From assembly GCA_963725865.1 (NCBI GenBank), contig CAVSAC010000010.1, positions 128,001 through 192,000 of the forward strand: 64,000 nucleotides of DNA. Reading direction: 5' to 3'. Made by a program: the position numbers and the translations under genes. Position 1 is the stretch's first letter; each line of letters starts with the position of its first letter. Positions 50,496 to 60,255 of this stretch are shown here, piece by piece. The stretch comes from Candidatus Eiseniibacteriota bacterium (GTDB taxonomy: Bacteria; Eisenbacteria; RBG-16-71-46). Under the pieces are notes generated by a model. The model made no database searches, was not told the origin of the DNA, and saw only the letters and a list, made by a program, of their open reading frames with translations.

Positions 50496-50692
50496 TGGGC
50501 GCGTCGCATCGCCACGCCCTAACTCGTTGTCCAATGGCCCGCCGGAGAGCGGGCCTCGTGCTTCGCGTGAGCCCGCGTGCGCGTCTCGTTGCACGCTGCC
50601 TCACGACCCGGCCCAGAGTGCACGGACCGGGCGGGCGCCCGCCCATCAGCCGGCTCAGGTCCGAGTGTCGACGACGGGTTGAGACTCCACAC

Positions 50693-51946
50693 CTAGCGCA
50701 GCGCGCGCTCGTCCGCGAACAGCGGGAAGCCGGCCGTCAGCTCGAGCACCTCGCGCTCCACCTGCTGGGCGAGCACCGCGTCCTCGGGCGCCGCCAGGAT
50801 GCGCGCGATCCAGCCCCCGATCCGCACCATCTCCTCCGGACCCATGCCGCGGGTGGTGAGCGCCGGGGTGCCGATGCGGATCCCGCTCGTCACCCACGGC
50901 TTCTGCGGGTCGTTGGGCACCGCGTTCTTGTTCACCGTGATGCGCCCGCGATGGAGCGCCTCCTCGGCGGCCTTGCCGGTGAGCCCGCGGCGGCGCAGGT
51001 CGACCAGCATCAGGTGGTTGTCGGTGCCGCCCGAGACCAGGTCGAAACCGTGGCCGATCAGGGACTCGGCGAGCGTGCGCGCGTTCTCGATCACGCGGCG
51101 CTGGTAGGCACGGAAGCCGTCGGTGAGCGCCTCGCCGAAGCACGCCGCCTTCGCCGCGATGATGTGCATGAGCGGCCCGCCCTGCAGTCCGGGGAACACG
51201 CTCTTGTCCACCTTCTCCGCGAAGTCCTTGCGGCAGAGGATGACGCCGCCGCGCGGCCCGCGCAGCGTCTTGTGCGTGGTGCTGGTCACGATCTCGGCGT
51301 GCGGCACCGGGCTCGGATGGAGACCGGCCGCCACCAGTCCCGCGACGTGGGCCATGTCCACGACCAGCGTGGCCCCCACCTCGCGGGCGATGCGGCCGAA
51401 GCGCTCGAAGTCGATCACGCGCGGGTACGCGCTGGCGCCCGCCACCAGGATGCGCGGGCGATGCTCCTTCGCGAGCCGCTCGACCGCGTCGTAGTCGATG
51501 CGACCGTCCTCGGGACGCACGCCGTACTGGACCGACTTCCACAACTTGCCGGTCACCGACACCGGGTGGCCGTGAGTCAAGTGGCCGCCGTGCGCGAGGC
51601 TCATGCCGAGCAGCGTGTCGCCGGGCACGGAGACCGCAAGGTACGCCGCCAGGTTCGCGGAGGCGCCGCTGTGCGGCTGCACGTTGGCGTGATCGCAACC
51701 GAACAGCGCCTTGAGGCGCTCGATCGCGAGGGTCTCGCCCACGTCCACGAACTCGCAGCCGCCGTAGTAACGCTTTCCCGGCAGCCCCTCGGCGTACTTG
51801 TTCGTGAGCACCGAGCCCGCCGCCTCCAGCACGGCGTCGCTGACGAAGTTCTCCGAGGCGATCAGCTCCAGCGTGGCGAGCTGGCGGCGGCGCTCGGAGG
51901 CGATGGCATCGTACAGTGCGGGATCCGTCTGCTGGAGCATGGACAC
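50693..51946 (-). CDS. glyA: Serine hydroxymethyltransferase
   Basis: [43 protein letters not shown]. Confidence 0.97.
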   Translation of the reverse strand: MSMLQQTDPALYDAIASERRRQLATLELIASENFVSDAVLEAAGSVLTNKYAEGLPGKRYYGGCEFVDVGETLAIERLKALFGCDHANVQPHSGASANLAAYLAVSVPGDTLLGMSLAHGGHLTHGHPVSVTGKLWKSVQYGVRPEDGRIDYDAVERLAKEHRPRILVAGASAYPRVIDFERFGRIAREVGATLVVDMAHVAGLVAAGLHPSPVPHAEIVTSTTHKTLRGPRGGVILCRKDFAEKVDKSVFPGLQGGPLMHIIAAKAACFGEALTDGFRAYQRRVIENARTLAESLIGHGFDLVSGGTDNHLMLVDLRRRGLTGKAAEEALHRGRITVNKNAVPNDPQKPWVTSGIRIGTPALTTRGMGPEEMVRIGGWIARILAAPEDAVLAQQVEREVLELTAGFPLFADERALR

Positions 51947-51952
51947 GCGGGC

Positions 51953-52411
51953 CTACCGTTCCTGGCGATGCGCCGCTTCGTAGGCGAGGATCTTCTCGAT
52001 GCGCGGCACGTGCCGCCCGCCCTCGAAGGGCGTCTCGAGCCAGATCCGCATCCACCGCACGGCCGCCTCGTGGTCGTTGGTGCGCCCGCCGAGTGCGAGC
52101 ACGTTGGAGTCGTTGTGCAGCCGGGTCAGGCGCGCCGTCTCGTCGCTGGTGACGACCGCGGCCCGCACGCCGGCCACCTTGTTCGCCGCGATCGCCTCGC
52201 CGATGCCGCTGCCTCCGAGCACGATCCCGCGCGCGACCTCGCCGCGCGCCACGAGCTCGGCCACCGGGAAGCAGAAATCGGGGTAGTCGACCGCCGGCTC
52301 CGCGGCGTGCGTGCCGACGTCGACCACCTCGTGATGGAGCGCCTCGAGCTCTCGCACGAGGCGCTCCTTGAGCGCGAAACCGGCGTGATCGGTGCCGATC
52401 GCGATCCTCAC
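51953..52411 (-). CDS. rpiB: Ribose-5-phosphate isomerase B
   Basis: IGTDHAG, DYPD, GGSGIGE.IAANKV.GVRA, HNDSNVL, FEGGRH. Confidence 0.95.
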   Translation of the reverse strand: MRIAIGTDHAGFALKERLVRELEALHHEVVDVGTHAAEPAVDYPDFCFPVAELVARGEVARGIVLGGSGIGEAIAANKVAGVRAAVVTSDETARLTRLHNDSNVLALGGRTNDHEAAVRWMRIWLETPFEGGRHVPRIEKILAYEAAHRQER

Positions 52412-52418
52412 GCGGGGC

Positions 52419-53381
52419 TCAGCCCCGCCGCGCCGCGCCGGCCACCGCGCCCACCGCCTGCGGCACCGGCGTGAGCCAGCCGTGGGTGTCGGGCTTCTCG
52501 CCCTTCACGACCGCGAAGAACGCCTCCTGCAGCGCCTTCGTGACCGGCCCCCGCTCGCCCGTGCCGACCGGCAGGCGGTCCACCGAGGCGATCGGCGACA
52601 CCTCGACCGCGGTGCCCGAATAGAACAGCTCCTCCGCCACGTAGAGCATCTCGCGCGGCATCGACTCCTCGCGCACCTTGTAACCCAGCTCGCGCGCGAG
52701 CGTCATGACCGAGTCGCGCGTGATGCCCGCGAGGATGCTGTTCGACAGCGGCGGCGTGACCAGCTCGCCCTTGATGACCGCGAACAGGTTCTGTCCGCTG
52801 CCCTCGCTCACGAAGCCGCTGCGGTCGAGCGCGATCGCCTCTTCGTAGCCGTCGACCTTCGCCTCCATCTTCAGGAGCGCGGAGTTCATGTAGTTCGCGG
52901 CCGCCTTCGCCATCGCGGGCAGCGTGTTCGGCGCCATCCGGTTCCACGAGCCGACCTTCACCGCCACGCCCTTCTGGAGCGCGTCGGCGCCGAGGTACTG
53001 GCCCCACGGGAACGCGGCGATCGCGACGTCGATCGGGTTGCCGAACGGGTTCACTCCCAGGTTCTCGTAGCCGCGGTAGACGAGCGGACGGATGTAGCAC
53101 TCCTTCAGCTCGTTCTGCGCGACCACGTCCAGGCAGGCCTGGCGGATCTGCGGGACCGTGAACGGCATCTCCATCCGGTAGACCTTCGCCGAGAAGAACA
53201 GCCGCTCGACGTGATCATCGAGCCGGAAGATGGCCGGTCCCTTCGGTGTCGCATAGGCGCGGATGCCCTCGAACACCGCCGTCGCGTAGTGCGCGACGTG
53301 CGACAGTACGTGGATCTTCGCGTCGTCCCAGTCCACCCACTTCCCATTCATCCAGATGTACTTCGCCTTCACCATGGCCAT
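52419..53381 (-). CDS. ilvE: Branched-chain amino acid aminotransferase
   Basis: HYATAVFEGIRAY, YIRPL, AKAAANY, EGSGQNLF, ILAGITR, GTAVEV. Confidence 0.95.
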   Translation of the reverse strand: MAMVKAKYIWMNGKWVDWDDAKIHVLSHVAHYATAVFEGIRAYATPKGPAIFRLDDHVERLFFSAKVYRMEMPFTVPQIRQACLDVVAQNELKECYIRPLVYRGYENLGVNPFGNPIDVAIAAFPWGQYLGADALQKGVAVKVGSWNRMAPNTLPAMAKAAANYMNSALLKMEAKVDGYEEAIALDRSGFVSEGSGQNLFAVIKGELVTPPLSNSILAGITRDSVMTLARELGYKVREESMPREMLYVAEELFYSGTAVEVSPIASVDRLPVGTGERGPVTKALQEAFFAVVKGEKPDTHGWLTPVPQAVGAVAGAARRG

Positions 53382-53416
53382 GACTCACCTCGAGATCCGA
53401 GAAGACTGCCGCGTGA

Positions 53417-53908
53417 CTAGGCGGACCGCGCGCGCAGCGCTTCGTGAACTGCGGGGATGATCCTTTCCAGATGGCGTCGGATGCGGCGCCAGGTCTCTTC
53501 GTACGCCTCCATCGAGCCCCCGAAGGGGTCCGAGACGACGAGCCCGGGTTCGCCGGGCTCGGGCCACTCGCTCAGCACGTGGGTCTTGCCCGGATCGGCG
53601 CCGAGCGCCAGCACCGGAGCGAGGTGCATGCGCTCCATCACCAGCACGAGGTCCGCGGCGCGCACGAGATCCGGGGTCGCGCGACGCGAGCGATGATCGT
53701 GGAGGTCGACGCCGTCGCGCGCGGCGACCTGCGTCGCGCCGTCGGTCGCGGGCTGACCCACCCAGGCCGACGTGCCCGCCGACGACACCTGCACCCGGTC
53801 CCGGTCGGACCCGAGCGCCTGCAGCAGCGCCCCGGCGGCGAGCGGGCTCCGGCAGGTGTTGCCGGTGCACACGAACAGCACGTGGTACAGCGGTTCCTGA
53901 GCCGACAT
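53417..53908 (-). CDS. ywlE: Low-molecular-weight protein arginine phosphatase, YwlE-like
   Basis: P-loop CTGNTCRS, SAGT, DPFGG; tsaC-(this gene)-rpiB-glyA synteny as in Bacillus ywlC-ywlE-ywlF-glyA. Confidence 0.75.
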   Translation of the reverse strand: MSAQEPLYHVLFVCTGNTCRSPLAAGALLQALGSDRDRVQVSSAGTSAWVGQPATDGATQVAARDGVDLHDHRSRRATPDLVRAADLVLVMERMHLAPVLALGADPGKTHVLSEWPEPGEPGLVVSDPFGGSMEAYEETWRRIRRHLERIIPAVHEALRARSA

Positions 53909-53916
53909 GCGAATGA

Positions 53917-53945
53917 AGGATAGGTGCGGGCCCGGTGCCGGTCAA
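53917..53945 (-). promoter_or_regulatory. Sigma70-type promoter, near-leaderless for the ywlE-like gene
   Basis: TTGACC-N17-TATCCT, then 8 nt to ATG, no SD. Confidence 0.6.
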
Positions 53946-54592
53946 CCGCCGGCGTGCGTGGCGTCCTCGAAGTCACCCAACAACGTCGTGACATCCAGCG
54001 CGCCCCGCCGCAGCAGGCGAGGACGCGGGGTGCTGACGTCCACCAGGGTGGAAGCCACCCCACCGCGTCGCGGCCCGCCGTCGAGGATCAGATCGAGCTG
54101 GTTGCCGAAGATCCGCACCACCTCCTCGGCGGTCTCCGCCGGGCGGTGGCCCGACAGGTTCGCGCTGCTCGAGACCACCGGGCCGCCGATCGCCTCCAGC
54201 AGCGCCATGCAGAGCGTGTCCTTGGGGCACCGCAGCGCCACCGTCCCACCGGCGCCGCGCACCCGCGCGGGCACGATCGCCGCGGCCCGGAAGATGAGCG
54301 AGAGCGGGCCCGGCCAGCACTCGGTGATCAGGCGCTCGGCCACGTCGCTGACCTCGGAGGCGAGCCCGTGCGCCTGCCCCGGCTCGGGGATCAGCGAGAT
54401 CACCGCCAGCGACGGATCGCGGCGCTTCAGCCGCGCCACCATCTCCACCGCCGAGACGTCGAACAGCGAGCAGCCGAGCCCGTACAGCGTGTCGGTCGGG
54501 AACGCGATCACGCCACCGCGCAGCACCGCCTCCGCCGCCTGGCGGAGCGGTTCGCGCTCCGGGTGCAGGGGATCGACCGTCAGCACGTCCAC
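53942..54592 (-). CDS. tsaC: L-threonylcarbamoyladenylate synthase (TsaC/YrdC, no SUA5 C-domain)
   Basis: FPTDTLYGLG, LKRR, WPGPLS, SSANLSG, STLVD, LLRRGA. Confidence 0.92.
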   Translation of the reverse strand: MDVLTVDPLHPEREPLRQAAEAVLRGGVIAFPTDTLYGLGCSLFDVSAVEMVARLKRRDPSLAVISLIPEPGQAHGLASEVSDVAERLITECWPGPLSLIFRAAAIVPARVRGAGGTVALRCPKDTLCMALLEAIGGPVVSSSANLSGHRPAETAEEVVRIFGNQLDLILDGGPRRGGVASTLVDVSTPRPRLLRRGALDVTTLLGDFEDATHAGG

Positions 54593-54596
54593 CGGT

Positions 54597-55082
54597 TCAC
54601 GCCCTCCCCGCCTGCGCGAGCTTCGCCGCGTGGTCCTCGAGCCGCCGCGCCAGCCGCAAGTCGCCGAGCGCCAGGATGCGCAGCGCGAGATACGCCGCGT
54701 TGCGCGCTCCCCACGCGCCTACCCCAAGCGTGCCGACCGGCACCCCGGGCGGCATCTGCACGGTCGCCAGCAGCGCGTCGAAGCCACCGAGCGGCGAGGT
54801 GGCGAGCGGCACCCCCAGCACCGGCAGCCGCGAGTGCGCGGCCATCGCGCCGGCCAGGTGCGCCGCGCCGCCGGCGCCTGCGATGATCACCTCGAGCCCG
54901 CGCGCCTTCGCGGTTCGCGCCCACCGCGCGGCGGCGTCGGGAGTGCGATGCGCCGAGCGCACGGCCACCTCGCTCGCGACGCCGAAGTCGGCGAGCACCT
55001 TCGCGGCCTCCTCCATCACCGCGCGGTCCGAGTCGCTGCCCATCACGATCCCCACCCGTGCCCGGTTCCTGCGAGCCGCCAC
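54597..55082 (-). CDS. purE: N5-CAIR mutase
   Basis: IVMGSDSD, SAHRTP, AGAGGAAHL, VQMPPGVPV. Confidence 0.95.
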   Translation of the reverse strand: MAARRNRARVGIVMGSDSDRAVMEEAAKVLADFGVASEVAVRSAHRTPDAAARWARTAKARGLEVIIAGAGGAAHLAGAMAAHSRLPVLGVPLATSPLGGFDALLATVQMPPGVPVGTLGVGAWGARNAAYLALRILALGDLRLARRLEDHAAKLAQAGRA

Positions 55083-55083
55083 G

Positions 55084-56400
55084 TCAGTCGCCCTCCCCGA
55101 TCGTTGCCGCGCCGGTCACGGCGCTGGCCGTCGCGCCGGCCGCGATGTCGTGGCGACAGCGCCAGCCGCTGCCGCCGAGACGCGCCACCGCGGCGTACGC
55201 GCGCGCGCGCGCCGCCGCCACGTCGTCCGCGGTCGCGGTGACGTACGCCGCGCGTCCACCGCACACGCCCCACTGATTACCTGCCCGCCGGGTGCCGGCG
55301 TGGAACACGCTCACGCCCGGCAGCGACGCGAGCGCGTCGAGCCCCACGATCGTGCCGTCGGCGCGCGGCGTGCCCGGATAGCCGGCGTCGACCAGCGCGA
55401 CCGTCACCGCGGCGCCGGGCAGCGTCGACACCGCGGCGCCCGCGAGCGCGCCGCCCGCCGCCGCCGCCAGCAACCGACCGAGCGAGCCGGCGAGCAGCGG
55501 CATCACGACCTGCGTCTCGGGATCGCCGAAGCGCACGTTGAATTCCACCACCGACGGCGCCCCCGCTGCCACCATGAGCCCGCAGTACAGCAGACCCCGA
55601 TACGGCGAGCCGCGCCGCGCCAGCTCCGCCAGCAGCGGCCGCACCACGCGCTCGCGCACCCGTTCCAGCAGGGCCGCGTCCGCGAGCCGCGCGGGCGCGT
55701 ACGCGCCCATGCCGCCGGTATTGGGCCCGCGGTCGCCGTCGAGCGCCCGCTTGTGGTCGCGGGCGGCCGGCAGCAGCACGGCGTCGTCACCGTCGCACAC
55801 GGCGAACACCGACAGCTCCTCGCCGCGCAGGAACTCCTCGAGGACCACGCGCCGGCCGCTGGCGCCGAACCGCCGCCCCTCGAGGCAGTCGGCCAGGAAG
55901 CGCCCGGCCTCCGCCGGCTCGGCGGTCACGCACACGCCCTTCCCGGCCGCCAGTCCGTCGGCCTTGATCACCCACGGCGGACCGAAGCGCGGCAGCGCGG
56001 CGCGCGCGGACGCCAGCTCCTCGAACACCTCGGCGCGCGCGGTGGGCACCCCCGCCGCGCGACAGACGTCCTTCGCGAACCACTTGCTCGCCTCGAGCCG
56101 CGCGCACGCGCGCGACGGTCCGAACGTCGCGATGCGGGCGTCCGCCAGCGCGTCCGCGAGCCCCGCGGCCAGCGGTCCCTCGGGTCCCACCACCACCAGG
56201 TCCACGCGCTCGCGCTCGCACGCCGCGCGCACCGCGGCCGGGTCCTGGGGATCGAGCGCCACGCACGGAAACGTCTCCGCCATCCCCTCGTTGCCGGGCG
56301 CCACCATCACGAGCGGGTGCTCCGGATCGCGCGCGAGCCGCCACGCGAGCGCATGCTCACGACCGCCGGAGCCGAGGACGAGGATGCGCGATGGGGCCAT
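55084..56400 (-). CDS. purD: Phosphoribosylamine--glycine ligase
   Basis: GSGGREHAL, VGPEGPL, KADGLAAGKGV, DHKR..DGD.GPNTGGMGAY, EFNVRFGDPETQ. Confidence 0.96.
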   Translation of the reverse strand: MAPSRILVLGSGGREHALAWRLARDPEHPLVMVAPGNEGMAETFPCVALDPQDPAAVRAACERERVDLVVVGPEGPLAAGLADALADARIATFGPSRACARLEASKWFAKDVCRAAGVPTARAEVFEELASARAALPRFGPPWVIKADGLAAGKGVCVTAEPAEAGRFLADCLEGRRFGASGRRVVLEEFLRGEELSVFAVCDGDDAVLLPAARDHKRALDGDRGPNTGGMGAYAPARLADAALLERVRERVVRPLLAELARRGSPYRGLLYCGLMVAAGAPSVVEFNVRFGDPETQVVMPLLAGSLGRLLAAAAGGALAGAAVSTLPGAAVTVALVDAGYPGTPRADGTIVGLDALASLPGVSVFHAGTRRAGNQWGVCGGRAAYVTATADDVAAARARAYAAVARLGGSGWRCRHDIAAGATASAVTGAATIGEGD

Positions 56401-56406
56401 GCGCGC

Positions 56407-56436
56407 ACTCTAAGAGGCACTCGCGCACAGGGTCAA
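56407..56436 (-). promoter_or_regulatory. Sigma70-type promoter giving a leaderless purD mRNA
   Basis: TTGACC-N18-TAGAGT-GCGCGC-ATG. Confidence 0.65.
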
Positions 56437-56449
56437 GGTCCGCCCCCGC

Positions 56450-57019
56450 TCACGTCGCGAGCACCTCCCATGCGCCGTGGGCGCGCGCGCGCCAGCCGAT
56501 CGCCAGATCCACCGCAACCGTCGCAGCGGCCGCGGCCCGCGCGGAAGGGCGCGCCGCCAGCGCGGCCCGCGTCGCCAGCGACGCGAGCCCCGGCACCGCA
56601 AGCCGTCGCAGCGCCTCGGCGTCCTCGCCGCCGGCGAGCGGGCCGCACGCGAGCACCGACTCGGCCTCGCGCAGCTCGTCGTTCAGCTCCACCGCGAGCG
56701 CGTCGACCCGTCCCGCGACGAAGCACGCCGAGTGCGCGGGATCGTGCGCCAGCACCGGCACGCCGAGGCTCGCGCGCAGTCGCGCGGTCAGCCCGTGCTC
56801 CGCCGGCCGGCCCTCCGCGCCGGCCGCGAGCAGCACCGTCACGCGCCCGCGCGGCACGCCGGCCCGCGGCAGGATCGCGAGCAGCCGGCCGAGCACGGCC
56901 GCGAGCCGCTCGGGGTCGCGGGCATCGGCGATCACCGTGGTGACCGACGCCCCCACGAACACGCCCGGCACGGCGCGGCGAAGCGCCTCGTCGACCGCGC
57001 GCCCGAACGCGACGTCCAT
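56450..57019 (-). CDS. Degenerate lactate-racemase (LarA) N-terminal-domain-like protein
   Basis: Pattern VIAD..., GV...RVTVLLAAG, VLAHDP, VELN..L.EAE.VL..G, VPGLAS follows the LarA N-domain order; 189 aa only. Confidence 0.55.
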   Translation of the reverse strand: MDVAFGRAVDEALRRAVPGVFVGASVTTVIADARDPERLAAVLGRLLAILPRAGVPRGRVTVLLAAGAEGRPAEHGLTARLRASLGVPVLAHDPAHSACFVAGRVDALAVELNDELREAESVLACGPLAGGEDAEALRRLAVPGLASLATRAALAARPSARAAAAATVAVDLAIGWRARAHGAWEVLAT

Positions 57020-57021
57020 CG

Positions 57022-58479
57022 TCAGGCGCCCGGCGCCAGCCGCTCGAGCTCCTCGCGCAGCAGGGCCTGCACCGTCTGCGGCACCGCCTGCCCGCCGCTC
57101 TTCTTCATCACCTGGCCGACCAGGAAGCCGAACGTCGCGTGCTTGCCGCGCAGCACTTCGGCGACCGGGCCGGGATGCTCGGCGAGCACCGCACGCACCA
57201 GCGGCCGCAGCGCCTCCGCGGAGCCGATCGCGGCGCCTCCGCTCGCGAACCGCTCCCCGGCGTCCGCGCCGCGGTCCAGCACCTCGTCGAGCAGGCCCTT
57301 GGCGGCGGTCGCCGTGACCTGGCCCGCCTCGATGCGCTGGAACAGCGCGCGAGTCGCGGTCACCGGGACGCGCTGCTCGAACTCCGCCGGCGTCAGTCCG
57401 AGCCGGTTCCAGCGCGCCAGCTCCTCGTTGAGGATCCAGTTGGCGGCCCAGTCGGCCCGGATCCCGCCCTGCACGTAGCGCTCGAAGTGGTCCGCGCGGT
57501 CGCGCTCGGCGCAGATCACCGCCGCGTTGTACGCGCCCAGCGCGTACGCCTCCGCCAGCCGCGCCTCGCTCGCCCACGGCAGCTCGGGCAGTCGCGCGCG
57601 CGCGTCGGCGGTCCACGCGGCGTCCACTCGCAGCACCGGAAGGTCGGGCTCCGGCAGGTAGCGGTAGTCGTGCGCGTGCTCCTTCGAGCGCATCACCGCG
57701 AGCCGTTCGCGGTCGGCGTCGTACAGCAGCGTGGCCTGCTCGATCCGGCCGCCCTCCGCGAGCACCCGACGCTGGCGCGCGATCTCGGCGGTCAGGCCCT
57801 TCTCGACGCCCTTGATCGAGTTGAGGTTCTTGAGCTCGGTCTTGGTGCCGAGGCGCGCTTCGCCGGCCGGCCGCAGGCTCACGTTGGCGTCGCAGCGCAG
57901 GTGGCCCTTCTCCATGTCGCCCTCGGAGATGCCCAGCCACCGCACCAGCCGCCGCAGCGCCGTCAGGAACGCCGCGCACTCGGCGGGCGCGCGGAACACC
58001 GGCTCGGTCACCAGCTCGAGCAGCGGCACGCCGGCGCGGTTGAAGTCCACGCGCGAGATCCGGCGGTCGCCGTGGCGCTCCGGGTGGAACGACTTCCCGG
58101 TGTCCTCCTCGACGTGGACGCGGGTGAGCGCGAACGCGCGTGCGGCCCCGTCGAGGACGACCGGCACCGCGCCGCCCTCGCACAGCGGATGGTCGTACTG
58201 CGTGATCTGGTAGTTCTTCGGCATGTCGGGGTAGAAGTAGTGCTTCCGCGCGAACACGCTGCTCGCGCGCACCTCGCACCCCAGCGCCAGGCCCAGTCGC
58301 ACCGCGGCGTCGATCGCCGCGCGGTTGGCGCGCGGCAGCGCGCCCGGCAGTCCCAGGCACACCGGACACACGTGCGTGTTCGGCTCCGCGCCGAACGCCG
58401 CCGCGCAGTCGCAGAACATCTTGACCCGCGTGGCCAGCTGGATGTGGCACTCCAGCCCGATCACCGCTTCATCGGCCAT
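57022..58479 (-). CDS. gatB: Asp/Glu-tRNA amidotransferase subunit B
   Basis: IGLECHIQL, CPVCLGLPGALP, RKHYFYPD.PK.YQITQ, DFNRAGVPLLE, RCDANVS, DYRYLPEPDL. Confidence 0.97.
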   Translation of the reverse strand: MADEAVIGLECHIQLATRVKMFCDCAAAFGAEPNTHVCPVCLGLPGALPRANRAAIDAAVRLGLALGCEVRASSVFARKHYFYPDMPKNYQITQYDHPLCEGGAVPVVLDGAARAFALTRVHVEEDTGKSFHPERHGDRRISRVDFNRAGVPLLELVTEPVFRAPAECAAFLTALRRLVRWLGISEGDMEKGHLRCDANVSLRPAGEARLGTKTELKNLNSIKGVEKGLTAEIARQRRVLAEGGRIEQATLLYDADRERLAVMRSKEHAHDYRYLPEPDLPVLRVDAAWTADARARLPELPWASEARLAEAYALGAYNAAVICAERDRADHFERYVQGGIRADWAANWILNEELARWNRLGLTPAEFEQRVPVTATRALFQRIEAGQVTATAAKGLLDEVLDRGADAGERFASGGAAIGSAEALRPLVRAVLAEHPGPVAEVLRGKHATFGFLVGQVMKKSGGQAVPQTVQALLREELERLAPGA

Positions 58480-59933
58480 GCGAACTCCGTGGAATGCGCG
58501 CGCGGCAGCCGCGCCGACTCGCCCTGCACCTCGATCGCGCGCGCGGCGCGCAGCAGCAGCGGCTCCGCGTCGTCGGCGCCCAGCAGCTGGACCGCGCGCG
58601 GCAGGCCGGTCGCGGTCGGCGGCACCGGCACCGTCAGGCCCGGGATGCCGGCGAGGTTCGCGCCGATCGTGAAGATGTCCGACAGGTACATCGCGAGCGG
58701 ATCGTCCACCTTCTCGCCGAGCCGGAACGGCAGCGTGGGCGCCACCGGCAGCATCATCACGTCGCAGCGCGCGAACGCCTCGTCGTGCGCGCGGCGGATG
58801 CGCGTGCGGGCGCGCAGCGCGGTCAGATAGTAGGCGTCGTAGTAGCCGGCCGACAGCGCGTAGGTGCCGAGCAGGATGCGGCGCTGCACCTCGGGGCCGA
58901 ACCCCGCGCTGCGGGTGCGCGTGTAGAGCGCGCGCACGTCCTCGCTGTCGGCGTGCCGGTACCCGTAGCGCACGCCGTCGAAGCGTGCGAGGTTGCTGCT
59001 CGCCTCGGCGGTTGCCACGAGGTAGTAGGTGGCGACCCCGTACTCGCCGGGCAGGAACTCGAGCGGGACGCGGATGGCGCCGGCACGCTCGAGCCAGCCG
59101 GCCGCCTGCTCGAGTCCCTCGATCACCTCGGCGTCGACGCCGGCCTTCCACAGGTGGGCGGGCCAGCCGAAGCGCAGACCCCGCACTCCCGTATCCCAGC
59201 CGGACACGTCGGGCGGCGCCCCGCCGCGCGAGGTGGCGTCGTACGGATCGGGCCCCGCGAGCGCCGCGTACGCGGTCGCCACGTCGCCGGCGTGGCGCGC
59301 GAGGATCCCGACCTGGTCGAGCGAGGAGCCGAACGCCACCAGCCCGTAGCGCGAGAGCCGCCCATAGGTGGGCTTGAGCCCGTAGACGCCGCAGAACGCC
59401 GCCGGCTGGCGCACCGAGCCGCCGGTGTCGGAGCCGAGCGCGAGCGGACACAGTCCGTAGGCGACCGCGGCCGCCGGGCCGCCGCTCGAGCCGCCCGGCA
59501 CGCGCGCGAGATCGTAGGGATTGCGGGTCGGGCCGTAGCAGGAGAACTCGGTGGACGAGCCCATCGCGAACTCGTCCATGTTGCCCTTGCCGGTGATCAC
59601 CGCACCGGCCGCGCGCAGGCGCCGGATCACGGTCGCGTCGTACGGCGAGCGGTAGCCGGCGAGGATGCGCGAGGCGCAGGTGGTCGGCAGGTCGGTGGTG
59701 CAGAGGTTGTCCTTCACCAGCACCGGCACGCCGCGCAGCGGACCCGCGGGCGCCGCGCGCGCGCCGGCGCGCCGCGCATCCGCGTCGGCGTGGCAGACCG
59801 CGTGGACGTCGGGCTCCCAGACGGAACCCGGGCCCGCCCAGCCGCTCTCCACCGCGGCCTCGGGGTCGGCCGCGCCGTCGCGCACCGCGGCCGCCAGCGC
59901 GGTCGCGGACAGGCGCCAGAGCCCGTCGCTCAT
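58461..59933 (-). CDS. gatA: Asp/Glu-tRNA amidotransferase subunit A
   Basis: KDN, NMDEFAMGSS, PGGSSGG, GSDTGGSVRQPA, SSNLARFDG.RYG. Confidence 0.96.
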   Translation of the reverse strand: MSDGLWRLSATALAAAVRDGAADPEAAVESGWAGPGSVWEPDVHAVCHADADARRAGARAAPAGPLRGVPVLVKDNLCTTDLPTTCASRILAGYRSPYDATVIRRLRAAGAVITGKGNMDEFAMGSSTEFSCYGPTRNPYDLARVPGGSSGGPAAAVAYGLCPLALGSDTGGSVRQPAAFCGVYGLKPTYGRLSRYGLVAFGSSLDQVGILARHAGDVATAYAALAGPDPYDATSRGGAPPDVSGWDTGVRGLRFGWPAHLWKAGVDAEVIEGLEQAAGWLERAGAIRVPLEFLPGEYGVATYYLVATAEASSNLARFDGVRYGYRHADSEDVRALYTRTRSAGFGPEVQRRILLGTYALSAGYYDAYYLTALRARTRIRRAHDEAFARCDVMMLPVAPTLPFRLGEKVDDPLAMYLSDIFTIGANLAGIPGLTVPVPPTATGLPRAVQLLGADDAEPLLLRAARAIEVQGESARLPRAHSTEFAWPMKR

Positions 59934-59955
59934 GCGCGACCCGCGGCGCCGGCGG

Positions 59956-60255
59956 TCATGGCTCGAGGTCCTCGACGATCGGCGGCACCACGAAGCAGCC
60001 CTGCTCGCTCGCCGGCGCCATCGCCAGCGCCTGCTCGCGGGTCAGCTCGCGGTCGCCGCGGGCGTCCTCGCGCAGCGCCGCCGCCGCGGGCGCGAACACC
60101 AGCGGCTCGCAGCCGTCGAGGTCGAGCTGCCGCAACTGCTCGACGAACGCCAGCACCTTCGCCAGCTCCTCGGTCGTCCGCGCGAGCCGCTCCGCAGGCA
60201 CCTCGAGCCGCGCCAGCTCCGCGATGCGCTCGACCTCAGAGCGCGTGATCGCCAT
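59956..60255 (-). CDS. gatC: Asp/Glu-tRNA amidotransferase subunit C
   Basis: IT..EV..IA.LARL, LREDA, AP....G.F.VP. Confidence 0.92.
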   Translation of the reverse strand: MAITRSEVERIAELARLEVPAERLARTTEELAKVLAFVEQLRQLDLDGCEPLVFAPAAAALREDARGDRELTREQALAMAPASEQGCFVVPPIVEDLEP

